In this document: positions 8,346-14,601 of the stretch, piece after piece
How positions within the stretch are numbered: position 1 is the stretch's first letter
Layout: each line of letters starts with the position of its first letter
From: Geotalea uraniireducens Rf4
GTDB lineage: Bacteria > Desulfobacterota > Desulfuromonadia > Geobacterales > Geobacteraceae
Length of the DNA stretch: 32,000 bases
Reading direction: 5' to 3'
Assembly: GCF_000016745.1 (NCBI RefSeq)
Contig: NC_009483.1
Location: forward strand, 1,590,001 to 1,622,000
The notes under the pieces: generated by a model
The model's database searches: none
What the model saw: only the letters and a program-made list of their open reading frames with translations
Told to the model about the DNA's origin: nothing
Made by a program: the position numbers and the translations under genes

Positions 8346-8631
8346 TATGGAGAGCCTCATCGTACGCAACAACGAGATGATGTCCAGCGCCATGGATCGG
8401 GAGCTTGTGATCCTGAACATGGCAAAGGGCAACTACATCGGCCTTGACGAGATCGGCCGTCGCATATGGGAGCTGTTGGAAACGCCCCTTGGTGCGGAAG
8501 AACTGTGCGGGTTGTTGGGCCGGGAGTTCGACGCTTCCCCGGAGCAGATCACGGCGGACGTCCTGCCTTTCCTGGTCGAATTGGAAAGCGAGGGGATGGT
8601 GCATGATGTTACGGGCGGACGATCTGCGTAA
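8335..8631 (+). CDS. PqqD-like lasso leader-recognition protein (B1 / RRE)
   Basis: VILNMAKGNYIGLDEIGRRIWELLETPLGAEELCGLL..EF...PEQITADVLPFLVELESEGMV is the PqqD family pattern. AGGAGGG (8321-8327) lies 7 nt upstream of ATG 8335. ATG 8329 is an alternative start. Confidence 0.8.
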   Translation: MSIDMESLIVRNNEMMSSAMDRELVILNMAKGNYIGLDEIGRRIWELLETPLGAEELCGLLGREFDASPEQITADVLPFLVELESEGMVHDVTGGRSA

Positions 8632-9067
8632 GCTGTTCAGCCTTACCCTGGCGGAGGTTTGCCTGCTGCTGGAGGCCGCTTTCTGGCTCGGTATCTGCCG
8701 GCTGGCAATACCGCTTTTGCCCTTCCGCTGGATTGCGCCGTATCTGGGGACCCACATGGCCGAGTCCGCCAGTGTGCTTGATCCGCACGGCCGTGAGGTG
8801 CCCCTTGCCGTATCCAGGGCGATAGTCCGGGCGGCCTGGCGGCTCCCCTGGGATTGCAAATGCCTGGCCCAGGCCATGACGGGTAAGGCTATGCTCAAAC
8901 GGCGGGGGGTGCCGAGCACGCTTTACCTGGGGGTTGCCAAGGACAAGGAGCAGCTTGCCGCCCATGCCTGGCTGCGGTGCGGCGATATAATCCTGACCGG
9001 GGGGCAGGGAAAAGAGCGGTTTACGGTCGTATCATCCTTCGGGGACGACATCCGGTCACGCGGATAG
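8603..9067 (+). CDS. Lasso peptide leader peptidase (B2, transglutaminase-like Cys protease)
   Basis: The catalytic-type Cys lies in WDCKCLAQAM and the His in LAAHAWLRCGD. The N-terminal hydrophobic helix is typical of B2 proteins. GAGGGGA lies upstream of ATGATG 8603. It overlaps B1 by 29 nt. Confidence 0.85.
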   Translation: MMLRADDLRKLFSLTLAEVCLLLEAAFWLGICRLAIPLLPFRWIAPYLGTHMAESASVLDPHGREVPLAVSRAIVRAAWRLPWDCKCLAQAMTGKAMLKRRGVPSTLYLGVAKDKEQLAAHAWLRCGDIILTGGQGKERFTVVSSFGDDIRSRG

Positions 9068-9110
9068 GCGCAGCCGGCCTCAGCGATGACAGAAATATAA
9101 GGAAAATGAA

Positions 9111-9548
9111 ATGGCAACATGGTTTTGGTATGCAATAGCGGCAGCTATTCTTTACGGGTTGCACCAGGTCTTCACGAAGCTCGCTGCAGACAACATCTCC
9201 GATGGCCTTGGCGGCTTGGTGGTGGAAGCCGCTGCAGCTGTTACCATCGCAATATACCTTGTGTTTCTCTGGCTGACCAACAGTTGGACACAGAAAGCTA
9301 CAGCCACAGGAATATGGTACTCGATACTCACGGGAATCAGTGTTGGCGCAGGCACGGTCATGTTTTTCCTTCTCTTTCAAAAAGGCGGCCCGCTCTCAGC
9401 TGTTCCCATGGTGCTGGCGGGAGGCGCCGCACTCATGGCCGTTAGCGGCATCCTTTTTTTTAAAGAGCCTGCATCTTGGCCAAGGCTCCTCGGAATTGCG
9501 TTTTCAATCGCCGGGCTTTTTTTATTGAGGTATTCGCCTGAAAAATGA
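9111..9548 (+). CDS. Small EamA/DMT-type integral membrane protein (possible exporter)
   Basis: 145 aa, four to five hydrophobic spans, single EamA-like half-transporter pattern. Same strand, 43 nt after B2. Confidence 0.65.
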   Translation: MATWFWYAIAAAILYGLHQVFTKLAADNISDGLGGLVVEAAAAVTIAIYLVFLWLTNSWTQKATATGIWYSILTGISVGAGTVMFFLLFQKGGPLSAVPMVLAGGAALMAVSGILFFKEPASWPRLLGIAFSIAGLFLLRYSPEK

Positions 9549-9610
9549 TGAAGTCCGAAGTGATACCCTTTCGAGGGAGCGTTAAGCGGGCTACGACAAT
9601 TGCGGTTCCG

Positions 9611-9895
9611 TCAAGCAGCCAAATCGAGCCTTACCTTGCGGCCGGCGCGGGCTTCCAGAGTAATCAGCATTTCCAGGCTAAATCTGTCCCACTTTCCCCG
9701 CATCAAGTCCGATACGCGCGACTGCCCGACACCAAGGCGCTGTGCGGCTTCCATCTGGGTCATGCCGCTCGAACGAATAAACTCGCGCAGATCGGTCATT
9801 AGCTCTGCACGCATCTGAAGAATCGCCGCCTCCGCAGGGTCGAATCCCAGATCAACAAAAACGTTGCCACTCGATTCAGTGATTGGCTCTTTCAT
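9611..9895 (-). CDS. XRE-family HTH antitoxin (HigA-like)
   Basis: SGNVFVDLGF..AE...MRAELM..L..FI...GMTQMEAAQRLGVGQSRVSDLMRGK...FSLEML is the classic pattern of the partner of Gp49/HigB-type toxins. It lies 3 nt downstream of the toxin stop. Confidence 0.85.
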   Translation of the reverse strand: MKEPITESSGNVFVDLGFDPAEAAILQMRAELMTDLREFIRSSGMTQMEAAQRLGVGQSRVSDLMRGKWDRFSLEMLITLEARAGRKVRLDLAA

Positions 9896-9898
9896 TAC

Positions 9899-10213
9899 TC
9901 AATCTCCTATTTGACAATAACGGCGCCGGGCAATTTCGATATCTTCATGTCGTGTTTTTTGAGTCTTCTTATGAAAGGCATGGAGAACATAAACGGCATC
10001 CGCGAACTTGGCGACATACAGCACACGCCATTCACCCAACACGCGAATACGTATCTCCCGTACCCCAGGTCCCACCGCATTCATCGGTTTCCAATCGGAA
10101 GGGTCCATCCCTCGCTGGATCGCGTGTAGCTCAAAGCCGGTCTGACGCCGAACTTCGGCTGGAAAATCGCGCAGGTCATCAAGAGAGGATCCGATAAACT
10201 TGAGGGGTTTTAT
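9899..10213 (-). CDS. HigB/Gp49-like (RelE superfamily) toxin; the full-length frame begins with ATA, not a canonical start
   Basis: The open frame reads IKPLKFIGSSLDDLRDFPAEVRRQTGFELHAIQRGMDPSDWKPM..GPGVREIRIRVLGEWRVLYVAKFADAVYVLHAFHKKTQKT. The first canonical start, ATG 10108, would delete the conserved N-terminus. Confidence 0.7.
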   Translation of the reverse strand: MKPLKFIGSSLDDLRDFPAEVRRQTGFELHAIQRGMDPSDWKPMNAVGPGVREIRIRVLGEWRVLYVAKFADAVYVLHAFHKKTQKTRHEDIEIARRRYCQIGD

Positions 10214-10219
10214 AGAAGA

Positions 10220-10248
10220 ATTATATAAGTTTTTAGATAAATTATCAA
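10220..10248 (-). promoter_or_regulatory. Sigma70-type promoter of the higBA-like operon
   Basis: On the minus strand: TTGATA, 17-nt spacer, TATAAT. The ATA codon lies 7 nt downstream of the -10 hexamer. Confidence 0.5.
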
Positions 10249-10253
10249 GAAAC

Positions 10254-10371
10254 TTTGATAATGGTAAAAAGGGCTTTCAGGTCGCATGGGTGGGGCATAG
10301 GCAGGAGGTAGAGACTGAAAGTTTAGAGATCACGGGCGAGAGTTAACAAATCAACAACGTTATATCTTCCC
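10254..10371. repeat. Copy A of a ~118-nt direct repeat (partner at 12460..12579)
   Basis: TTTGATAATGGTAAAAAGGGCTTTCAGGTCGCATGGGTGGGGCATAGGCAGGAGGTAGAGACTG...CAAATCAACAACGT...TATCTTCCC. It is about 90% identical by eye to copy B. Confidence 0.85.
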
Positions 10372-10408
10372 TCTCTTGAACCGGCATTTTGTATTTGCAC
10401 AATTTATC

Positions 10409-10436
10409 TTGACAGCTCAGGGACAAAAGATATAGT
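10409..10436 (+). promoter_or_regulatory. Sigma70-type promoter of the DUF4258/MqsA-like operon
   Basis: TTGACA, 16-nt spacer, TATAGT. The ATG lies 8 nt after the -10 hexamer and there is no SD. Confidence 0.5.
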
Positions 10437-10444
10437 CAACTCAT

Positions 10445-10768
10445 ATGCCGCTTAACATTGAGATAATCGGCTCACTTGCAGCAGGCGACCAAATAGCGTT
10501 GAAGCGCCATTCAATCGTGCGTATGCGCCAACGTCGGATATCTGCCGACGAAGTGAAAGAAGCGCTTCTCTCCTGCAGGCTGATTGAGGATTATCCAACT
10601 GATCGCCCCTTGCCCAGCGGGCTGGTCCTTGGCTATACTGCCAACGATAGGGTCATTCATGTAGTTGTTGCCATAGATGAAGATGAACCAATGCTCTGGG
10701 TGATTACCGTGTACGAGCCGACCATTGACGAGTGGGAGGAAGGTTTTGACCGAAGGAGAACAGTATGA
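10445..10768 (+). CDS. DUF4258-like toxin-type protein
   Basis: The pattern H...RM.QR.IS..EV.EAL......EDYP.D.P.PS.L.LG.T...R..HVV.A.......VITVYEP...W is what I recall for DUF4258. It overlaps the downstream zinc-finger gene by 4 nt (ATGA). Confidence 0.75.
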   Translation: MPLNIEIIGSLAAGDQIALKRHSIVRMRQRRISADEVKEALLSCRLIEDYPTDRPLPSGLVLGYTANDRVIHVVVAIDEDEPMLWVITVYEPTIDEWEEGFDRRRTV

Positions 10769-10995
10769 AATGCCCGTTATGTAGAGGAAAGATGGTCCCG
10801 GGAAAGACCAATCTGCCGTTCAGCCTCGAAGGTGGTAATGTCATTGTGGTCATCAACGTCCCTGCGCTGGTCTGTGAGCAGTGTGGCGATGATTTCGTCG
10901 AGATCGACGTGGTAAGGAAGGTCGAAAAGATCGTTGACCGTATTGAGCACGACGGCATCAGCATGGGCATGGTCGAATATGACAGGGCGGCTTGA
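10765..10995 (+). CDS. MqsA/YgiT-type zinc-finger antitoxin-like protein
   Basis: MKCPLCRGKM...... then ...VCEQCGD. Two CxxC pairs sit in the spacing typical of YgiT-type zinc fingers. 76 aa. Confidence 0.75.
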   Translation: MKCPLCRGKMVPGKTNLPFSLEGGNVIVVINVPALVCEQCGDDFVEIDVVRKVEKIVDRIEHDGISMGMVEYDRAA

Positions 10996-11081
10996 GGCAA
11001 GCTGAGGCAGTACCCATTCCCTTCATTCTGGTGTATGACAAGGGGAATAACTTCTAGCAGATAGGATCTTAATTGAGAAAA

Positions 11082-11113
11082 GGGGACAGAAAAATAAATC
11101 TGTCCCCTTTTTT
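11082..11113 (+). terminator. Rho-independent terminator
   Basis: GGGGACAGA-aaaataaa-TCTGTCCCC followed by TTTTTT. Confidence 0.8.
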
Positions 11114-11452
11114 GCTCCGTCAATGCCGCGTCCGATATTGTCCTGACGATGATTACCTCACAGGTGGCAAACAAAGAAGCCTATTACCAGGCCAATCCCC
11201 GCGCCGCTGGCTGCCTCGTGCGGGTCAACAACGGAGATTTTGCCTTTCTCAACCGCGACAGCGTCATTGACTGCAATAACGCGGAACTTCTTCCCAAAGC
11301 CGATTTGTTGAAAAAGTTCGATCCCGCCCATGGCTTTTAACATGAAAGTCCCGACCATACCAGAGCATGTCAAGCAGCAGATCATCCGGGCTATTAACGG
11401 TAGCCCGCTGGTCAAACCCTATATCAAGAAATTGCTTCCGGTTGTGCCGTAA
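11113..11452 (+). pseudogene. Probable remnant of an unidentified gene, split into two frames
   Basis: One frame is open from directly after the terminator (..DIVLTMITSQ...GCLVRVNNGDFAFLNRDSVIDCNNAELLPKADLLKKFDPAHGF*). A second piece follows in another frame from 11342 (MKVPTIPEHVKQQIIRAINGSPLVKPYIKKLLPVVP*). There is no SD and no promoter, and the N-terminus appears to be missing. Confidence 0.3.
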
Positions 11453-11456
11453 CGGC

Positions 11457-11597
11457 TTATTCTTCTCCCCACACGCAAGACGATACGCGCGACTGCCCGA
11501 CACCAAGGCGCTGTGCGGCTTCCATCTGGGTCATGCCGCTCGAACGGATAAACTCTTTCTTCCCGGCAAGAGCTTTCCATCGGTGGAGAACCGGCAT
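11457..11597 (-). pseudogene. Truncated XRE antitoxin remnant
   Basis: 46-aa ORF MPVLHRWKALAGKKEFIRSSGMTQMEAAQRLGVGQSRVSSCVWGEE. Bases 11481-11555 match 9710-9784 inside the intact antitoxin gene at 74 of 75 positions. Both ends of the HTH domain are missing. Confidence 0.6.
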
Positions 11598-11617
11598 GTG
11601 GCACCTTCAGTCTGATT

Positions 11618-12243
11618 TTATGGGGTGGGATATGAGTCCAGCGGCTTGCGGGGGTGGAAATATCCTTTGATACAATTGAGATTGCGAATGCAAATCTGGA
11701 TGTGGTTCTTTTCCCGGAACCCGGCATTGGGATATAGTTCCTTACCTTCCCAGAACACCCCTCGAACCGTGTCAAACGCCTTTTTTCCCATATCCGCATA
11801 AAGGGTATGGGTTGCCTCCACTACGGCACAGTCCAAACGACGGATGAGAACATCCTCTTCCTCTCCCAGAGGTCTGGAGTTTTGAGGCAAAGGTACGCCT
11901 GAAAGTTTATGGGATTGCAACAGCATGTCGTAGTTTGCTTTAAGGGTCTGCAGGGATTGGGTTTCCAGCAGGTTGAAGCAATTACCGAGGTCAATGACCG
12001 CTCCGATGACTGCCTCATTCTTTATCTTCGCTTTCCCATGAACAGGATTCTTCTTCAGATGGCGAGCATATTGGAGAGCGCGGTCCGGGTTGTTTTCCCA
12101 GAAGTAGATGCCATTGCCGAGCCAGAGTCATAGTCATTTTCGCTATGCTTCTGATGATCGTTGCCGGAATGGAGAATTTTCTCAGCCACATCTCGGTCAC
12201 AGCCGTGGAAGCCAAGAACAAAATACGGTAGGGTTTTATACAT
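11618..12243 (-). pseudogene. PARP-like (H-Y-E class) ADP-ribosyltransferase-fold gene, disrupted by a frameshift at 12125-12126
   Basis: Frame A reads MYKTLPYFVLGFHGCDRDVAEKILHSGNDHQKHSENDYD. Skipping the 2 nt 'tc' gives WLGNGIYFWENNPDRALQYA... with no stop until 11618 (207 aa in total). FHGCD...IL..G and GNGIYFW mirror the PARP motifs HGS...IL..G and GKGIYFA. Confidence 0.6.
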
Positions 12244-12385
12244 CCTGGCGGTAAGGTTTGGTTAGTTTGCCGTCAGGGGTGCTGATGCCTGCTTTGATGA
12301 GGAATTCTTTGGCTCGTTCGGGAGTAAGCTGTTTGGTAAACGCCTTGATGTCTGCGATGACTTTTTTTGCTTCACGAGTTGTCAT
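12236..12385 (-). CDS. Small 49-aa protein, putative cognate antitoxin of the ART-like gene
   Basis: Product is MTTREAKKVIADIKAFTKQLTPERAKEFLIKAGISTPDGKLTKPYRQDV. GGGGGA lies 9 nt upstream of the ATG. Its stop overlaps the ART-like start (ATGTATAA, 8-nt overlap). Confidence 0.5.
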   Translation of the reverse strand: MTTREAKKVIADIKAFTKQLTPERAKEFLIKAGISTPDGKLTKPYRQDV

Positions 12386-12413
12386 GGTGTTATATCCCCC
12401 TGTCGATTTTTTA

Positions 12414-12442
12414 ATAATACACAGTTCTGCAGGAGACTTCAA
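12414..12442 (-). promoter_or_regulatory. Sigma70-type promoter of the small-ORF/ART-like operon
   Basis: On the minus strand: TTGAAG, 17-nt spacer, TATTAT. It lies about 28 nt upstream of ATG 12385. Confidence 0.5.
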
Positions 12443-12459
12443 TCATATCTGTCTGGAAT

Positions 12460-12605
12460 TTTGATAATGGCAAAAAGGGTTTTCAGGCGCATGGGTGGGG
12501 CATAGGCAGGAGGTAGAGACTGCAATTTTAGAGATCGTGGGCGGGAGTCAACAAATCAACAACGTCCCTTTATCTTCCCAATCAACAACGTCCCTTTATC
12601 TTCCC
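12460..12605. repeat. Copy B of the ~118-nt direct repeat, ending in a perfect 26-nt tandem duplication
   Basis: 12460-12579 matches 10254-10371. AATCAACAACGTCCCTTTATCTTCCC occurs at 12554-12579 and again at 12580-12605. Confidence 0.85.
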
Positions 12606-12774
12606 CCGTTGATGGAGGGCTCGTCCTAGACTTTCGTTCTAATGCGGGGGGGGGTAGAACTCAGAGTCATGGTCGACTTCATGGACGAAAAGCCGAACCC
12701 GTAGAATTGACCAGAACTTCATTTGGCCATCCCTGGACCGTTGGCGATGCCAGGCAAATTTGTAGTGAAGGCAT

Positions 12775-12810
12775 AAAAAAGGCGCGGAGTCGAAACTCCA
12801 CGCCTTTCTT
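12775..12810 (-). terminator. Terminator downstream of hcp
   Basis: GGCGCGGAGT-cgaa-ACTCCACGCC (one mismatch), flanked by A6 and T-rich runs. On the minus strand the stem is followed by TTTTTT. Confidence 0.7.
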
Positions 12811-12835
12811 TTTCACATCATGACTTCCAGTCGTT

Positions 12836-14485
12836 TTATGCGCCCAGCGCTGCCTTCAGGTCCGCATCTGCCGTGGTGATCTGGCCGATGTTGAAGTTTT
12901 CCACCAGGAAGTTGAGGACGTTCGGTGTCAGGTACGCCGGCAGGGCCGGTCCGAGCTTGATGTTCTTGATCCCCAGGTGGAGGAGCGAGAGCAGGATCAC
13001 ATGGGCCTTCTGCTCATACCAGGAGAGGATGAAGGAGAGCGGCAGGTCGTTGACTCCGCAGTTGAAGGCGCCTGCCAGGGCCAGGGCGATCTGGACCGCC
13101 GAGTAGGCGTCGTTGCACTGCCCCACGTCGAGGAGGCGCGGGATGCCGCCGATGTCGCCGAACTCCAGCTTGTTGAAGCGGTACTTGCCGCAGGCGAGCG
13201 TCAGGATGACGCAGTCTTTGGGCACTATCTCGGCCAGTTCCGTGAAGTAGTTGCGCCCCGGTTTGGCGCCGTCGCAGCCGCCGATGAGGAAGAAATGCTT
13301 GATGGCGCCGCTCTTGACCCCTTCGATGACCTTGTCTGCCACCCCCAGGACCGCATTGTGGCCGAAGCCGGTGAGGATCTCCTTGCCCGGTGCATCGGGC
13401 AGGTCGGGGCACTCAAGGGCCTTGTTGATGACCTCGGAGAAGTTCCAGCCGGTCATGTGCTTGATGCCGGGCCAGCCGACCATGCCCCAGGTGAAGAGCC
13501 GGTCTTTGTAGGAGTCGGCCGGGCGCTGGATGCAGTTGGTGTTGAAGATGATGGCGCCGGGGAAGTCCGGGAATTCCTTGTGCTGATCCTGCCAGGCGCC
13601 GCCGAAGTTGCCGTAGAGGTGCGAATACTTCTTGAGGCCGGGATAGCCGTGGGCCGGCAGCATTTCGCCGTGGGTGTAGACGTCAATTCCCTTGCCTTCG
13701 GTCTGCTTGAGGAGCTCCTCGATCATGCGCAGGTCGTGGCCGGAGACGAGGATCCCCTTGTTCTTTCTGGTGCCGAGCTGGACCTTGGTCGGGACCGGCT
13801 GCCCGTAGTGGTCGATATGTCCCTGGTTGAGCATCCCCATCACCTTGATGTTCATCTTGCCGCATTCCATGGAGAGGCCGACAAAGTCCATCAGGCCTTT
13901 GGTTGGGTCGGTGGTGGCGGCGAGGGCCTTGTGGAAGAAGGCGAAGACTTCTTCGTCGGTCTTGCCGAGGATGAAGGCGTGGTCGGCATAGGCAGCCATC
14001 CCCTTGAGGCCGTAAATGAGCACCTCGATGGCGGAACGGATATCCGGGTCGGTGTGGTGGGTGTTGATGCCGTGGGCCTCTCCCTGCTTGACCAGGCCGA
14101 CAAGATCATTGGCGATCACCCAGGCGGCGGGCCCGTCAGAGATCTGCGGGGCGTGATTGCCGGTCTTTTCCCGATAGGCGGTCTCATACAGTGCCTTGAT
14201 CTTCTCCTTGTTGTCGAAGCACTTGCGGAGCTTGGCGGCGATGCTGACCGGGTCGAAGTCCACGTTGGTGACGGTGGTGAAGAGCCCTTCGAACATGAAA
14301 AGGTCGATGGTCTCGTCCCTGGCGCCGAATTCGCGGGCCTTGTCGGCATAGATGGCGAGTCCTTTCAGACCGTAGATCATCAAGTCCTGCAGGGCGGCAA
14401 CCTCGGGATTTTTACCGCAAACCCCCATGATATCACAGCCGGTACCCTTGGCAGCCTGTTCACACTGGTTACAAAACATTGACAT
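12836..14485 (-). CDS. hcp: Hybrid cluster protein (hydroxylamine reductase)
   Basis: N-terminus MSMFCNQCEQAAKGTGC..GVCGK carries the Cys cluster. The 549-aa length and colinear Hcp motifs fit throughout. AAGGAGGAG lies upstream of ATG 14485. The upstream ORF-track extension lacks an SD. Confidence 0.95.
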   Translation of the reverse strand: MSMFCNQCEQAAKGTGCDIMGVCGKNPEVAALQDLMIYGLKGLAIYADKAREFGARDETIDLFMFEGLFTTVTNVDFDPVSIAAKLRKCFDNKEKIKALYETAYREKTGNHAPQISDGPAAWVIANDLVGLVKQGEAHGINTHHTDPDIRSAIEVLIYGLKGMAAYADHAFILGKTDEEVFAFFHKALAATTDPTKGLMDFVGLSMECGKMNIKVMGMLNQGHIDHYGQPVPTKVQLGTRKNKGILVSGHDLRMIEELLKQTEGKGIDVYTHGEMLPAHGYPGLKKYSHLYGNFGGAWQDQHKEFPDFPGAIIFNTNCIQRPADSYKDRLFTWGMVGWPGIKHMTGWNFSEVINKALECPDLPDAPGKEILTGFGHNAVLGVADKVIEGVKSGAIKHFFLIGGCDGAKPGRNYFTELAEIVPKDCVILTLACGKYRFNKLEFGDIGGIPRLLDVGQCNDAYSAVQIALALAGAFNCGVNDLPLSFILSWYEQKAHVILLSLLHLGIKNIKLGPALPAYLTPNVLNFLVENFNIGQITTADADLKAALGA

Positions 14486-14541
14486 GGTTACTCCTCCTTT
14501 TTTACGGGACAAACTCCCTGTGTAGGCTTTAATATCTGATA

Positions 14542-14569
14542 AGTATAGCCTGTCTCCGGCGTATTTCAA
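14542..14569 (-). promoter_or_regulatory. Candidate hcp promoter
   Basis: On the minus strand: TTGAAA, 16-nt spacer, TATACT. It lies about 55 nt upstream of the hcp ATG. Confidence 0.45.
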
Positions 14570-14601
14570 TCTTGTCCGGAATGGACCTTCTTCCAATTCC
14601 A

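Noticed and set aside
8260-8919. 219-aa minus-strand ORF across the sulfotransferase/B1/B2 junction
   Set aside because: It is antisense to three well-supported, translationally coupled genes. Its composition is Arg/Ser/Ala-rich shadow-frame type, and I recognise no motif.
10254-10371. Integron attC site / gene-cassette boundary interpretation of the 118-nt repeat
   Set aside because: I could not find the RYYYAAC / GTTRRRY core pair or the imperfect internal symmetry expected of attC. The neighbouring genes are in mixed orientations and carry their own promoters. No intI gene is in the window.
12554-12605. Possible CRISPR array or type III antitoxin RNA repeats
   Set aside because: There are only two directly abutting 26-nt units and no spacers, so it is not a CRISPR array. 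The predicted promoter of the adjacent operon lies downstream of the repeats, and no terminator separates repeats from a toxin gene. That does not fit the ToxIN-type layout.
12606-12775. tRNA gene or tRNA-derived att site at the edge of the TA islet
   Set aside because: I found no cloverleaf and no T-loop consensus (GGTTCGAATCC-like) on either strand. The G9 run and the short hairpins there do not form a tRNA-like structure.
12977-14482. 501-aa ORF on the plus strand
   Set aside because: It lies entirely antisense to hcp. Its product is low-complexity (runs of V, E, G, D, A, L) and typical of a shadow frame opposite a GC-rich, codon-biased gene. It has no SD. The hcp assignment on the other strand is unambiguous.
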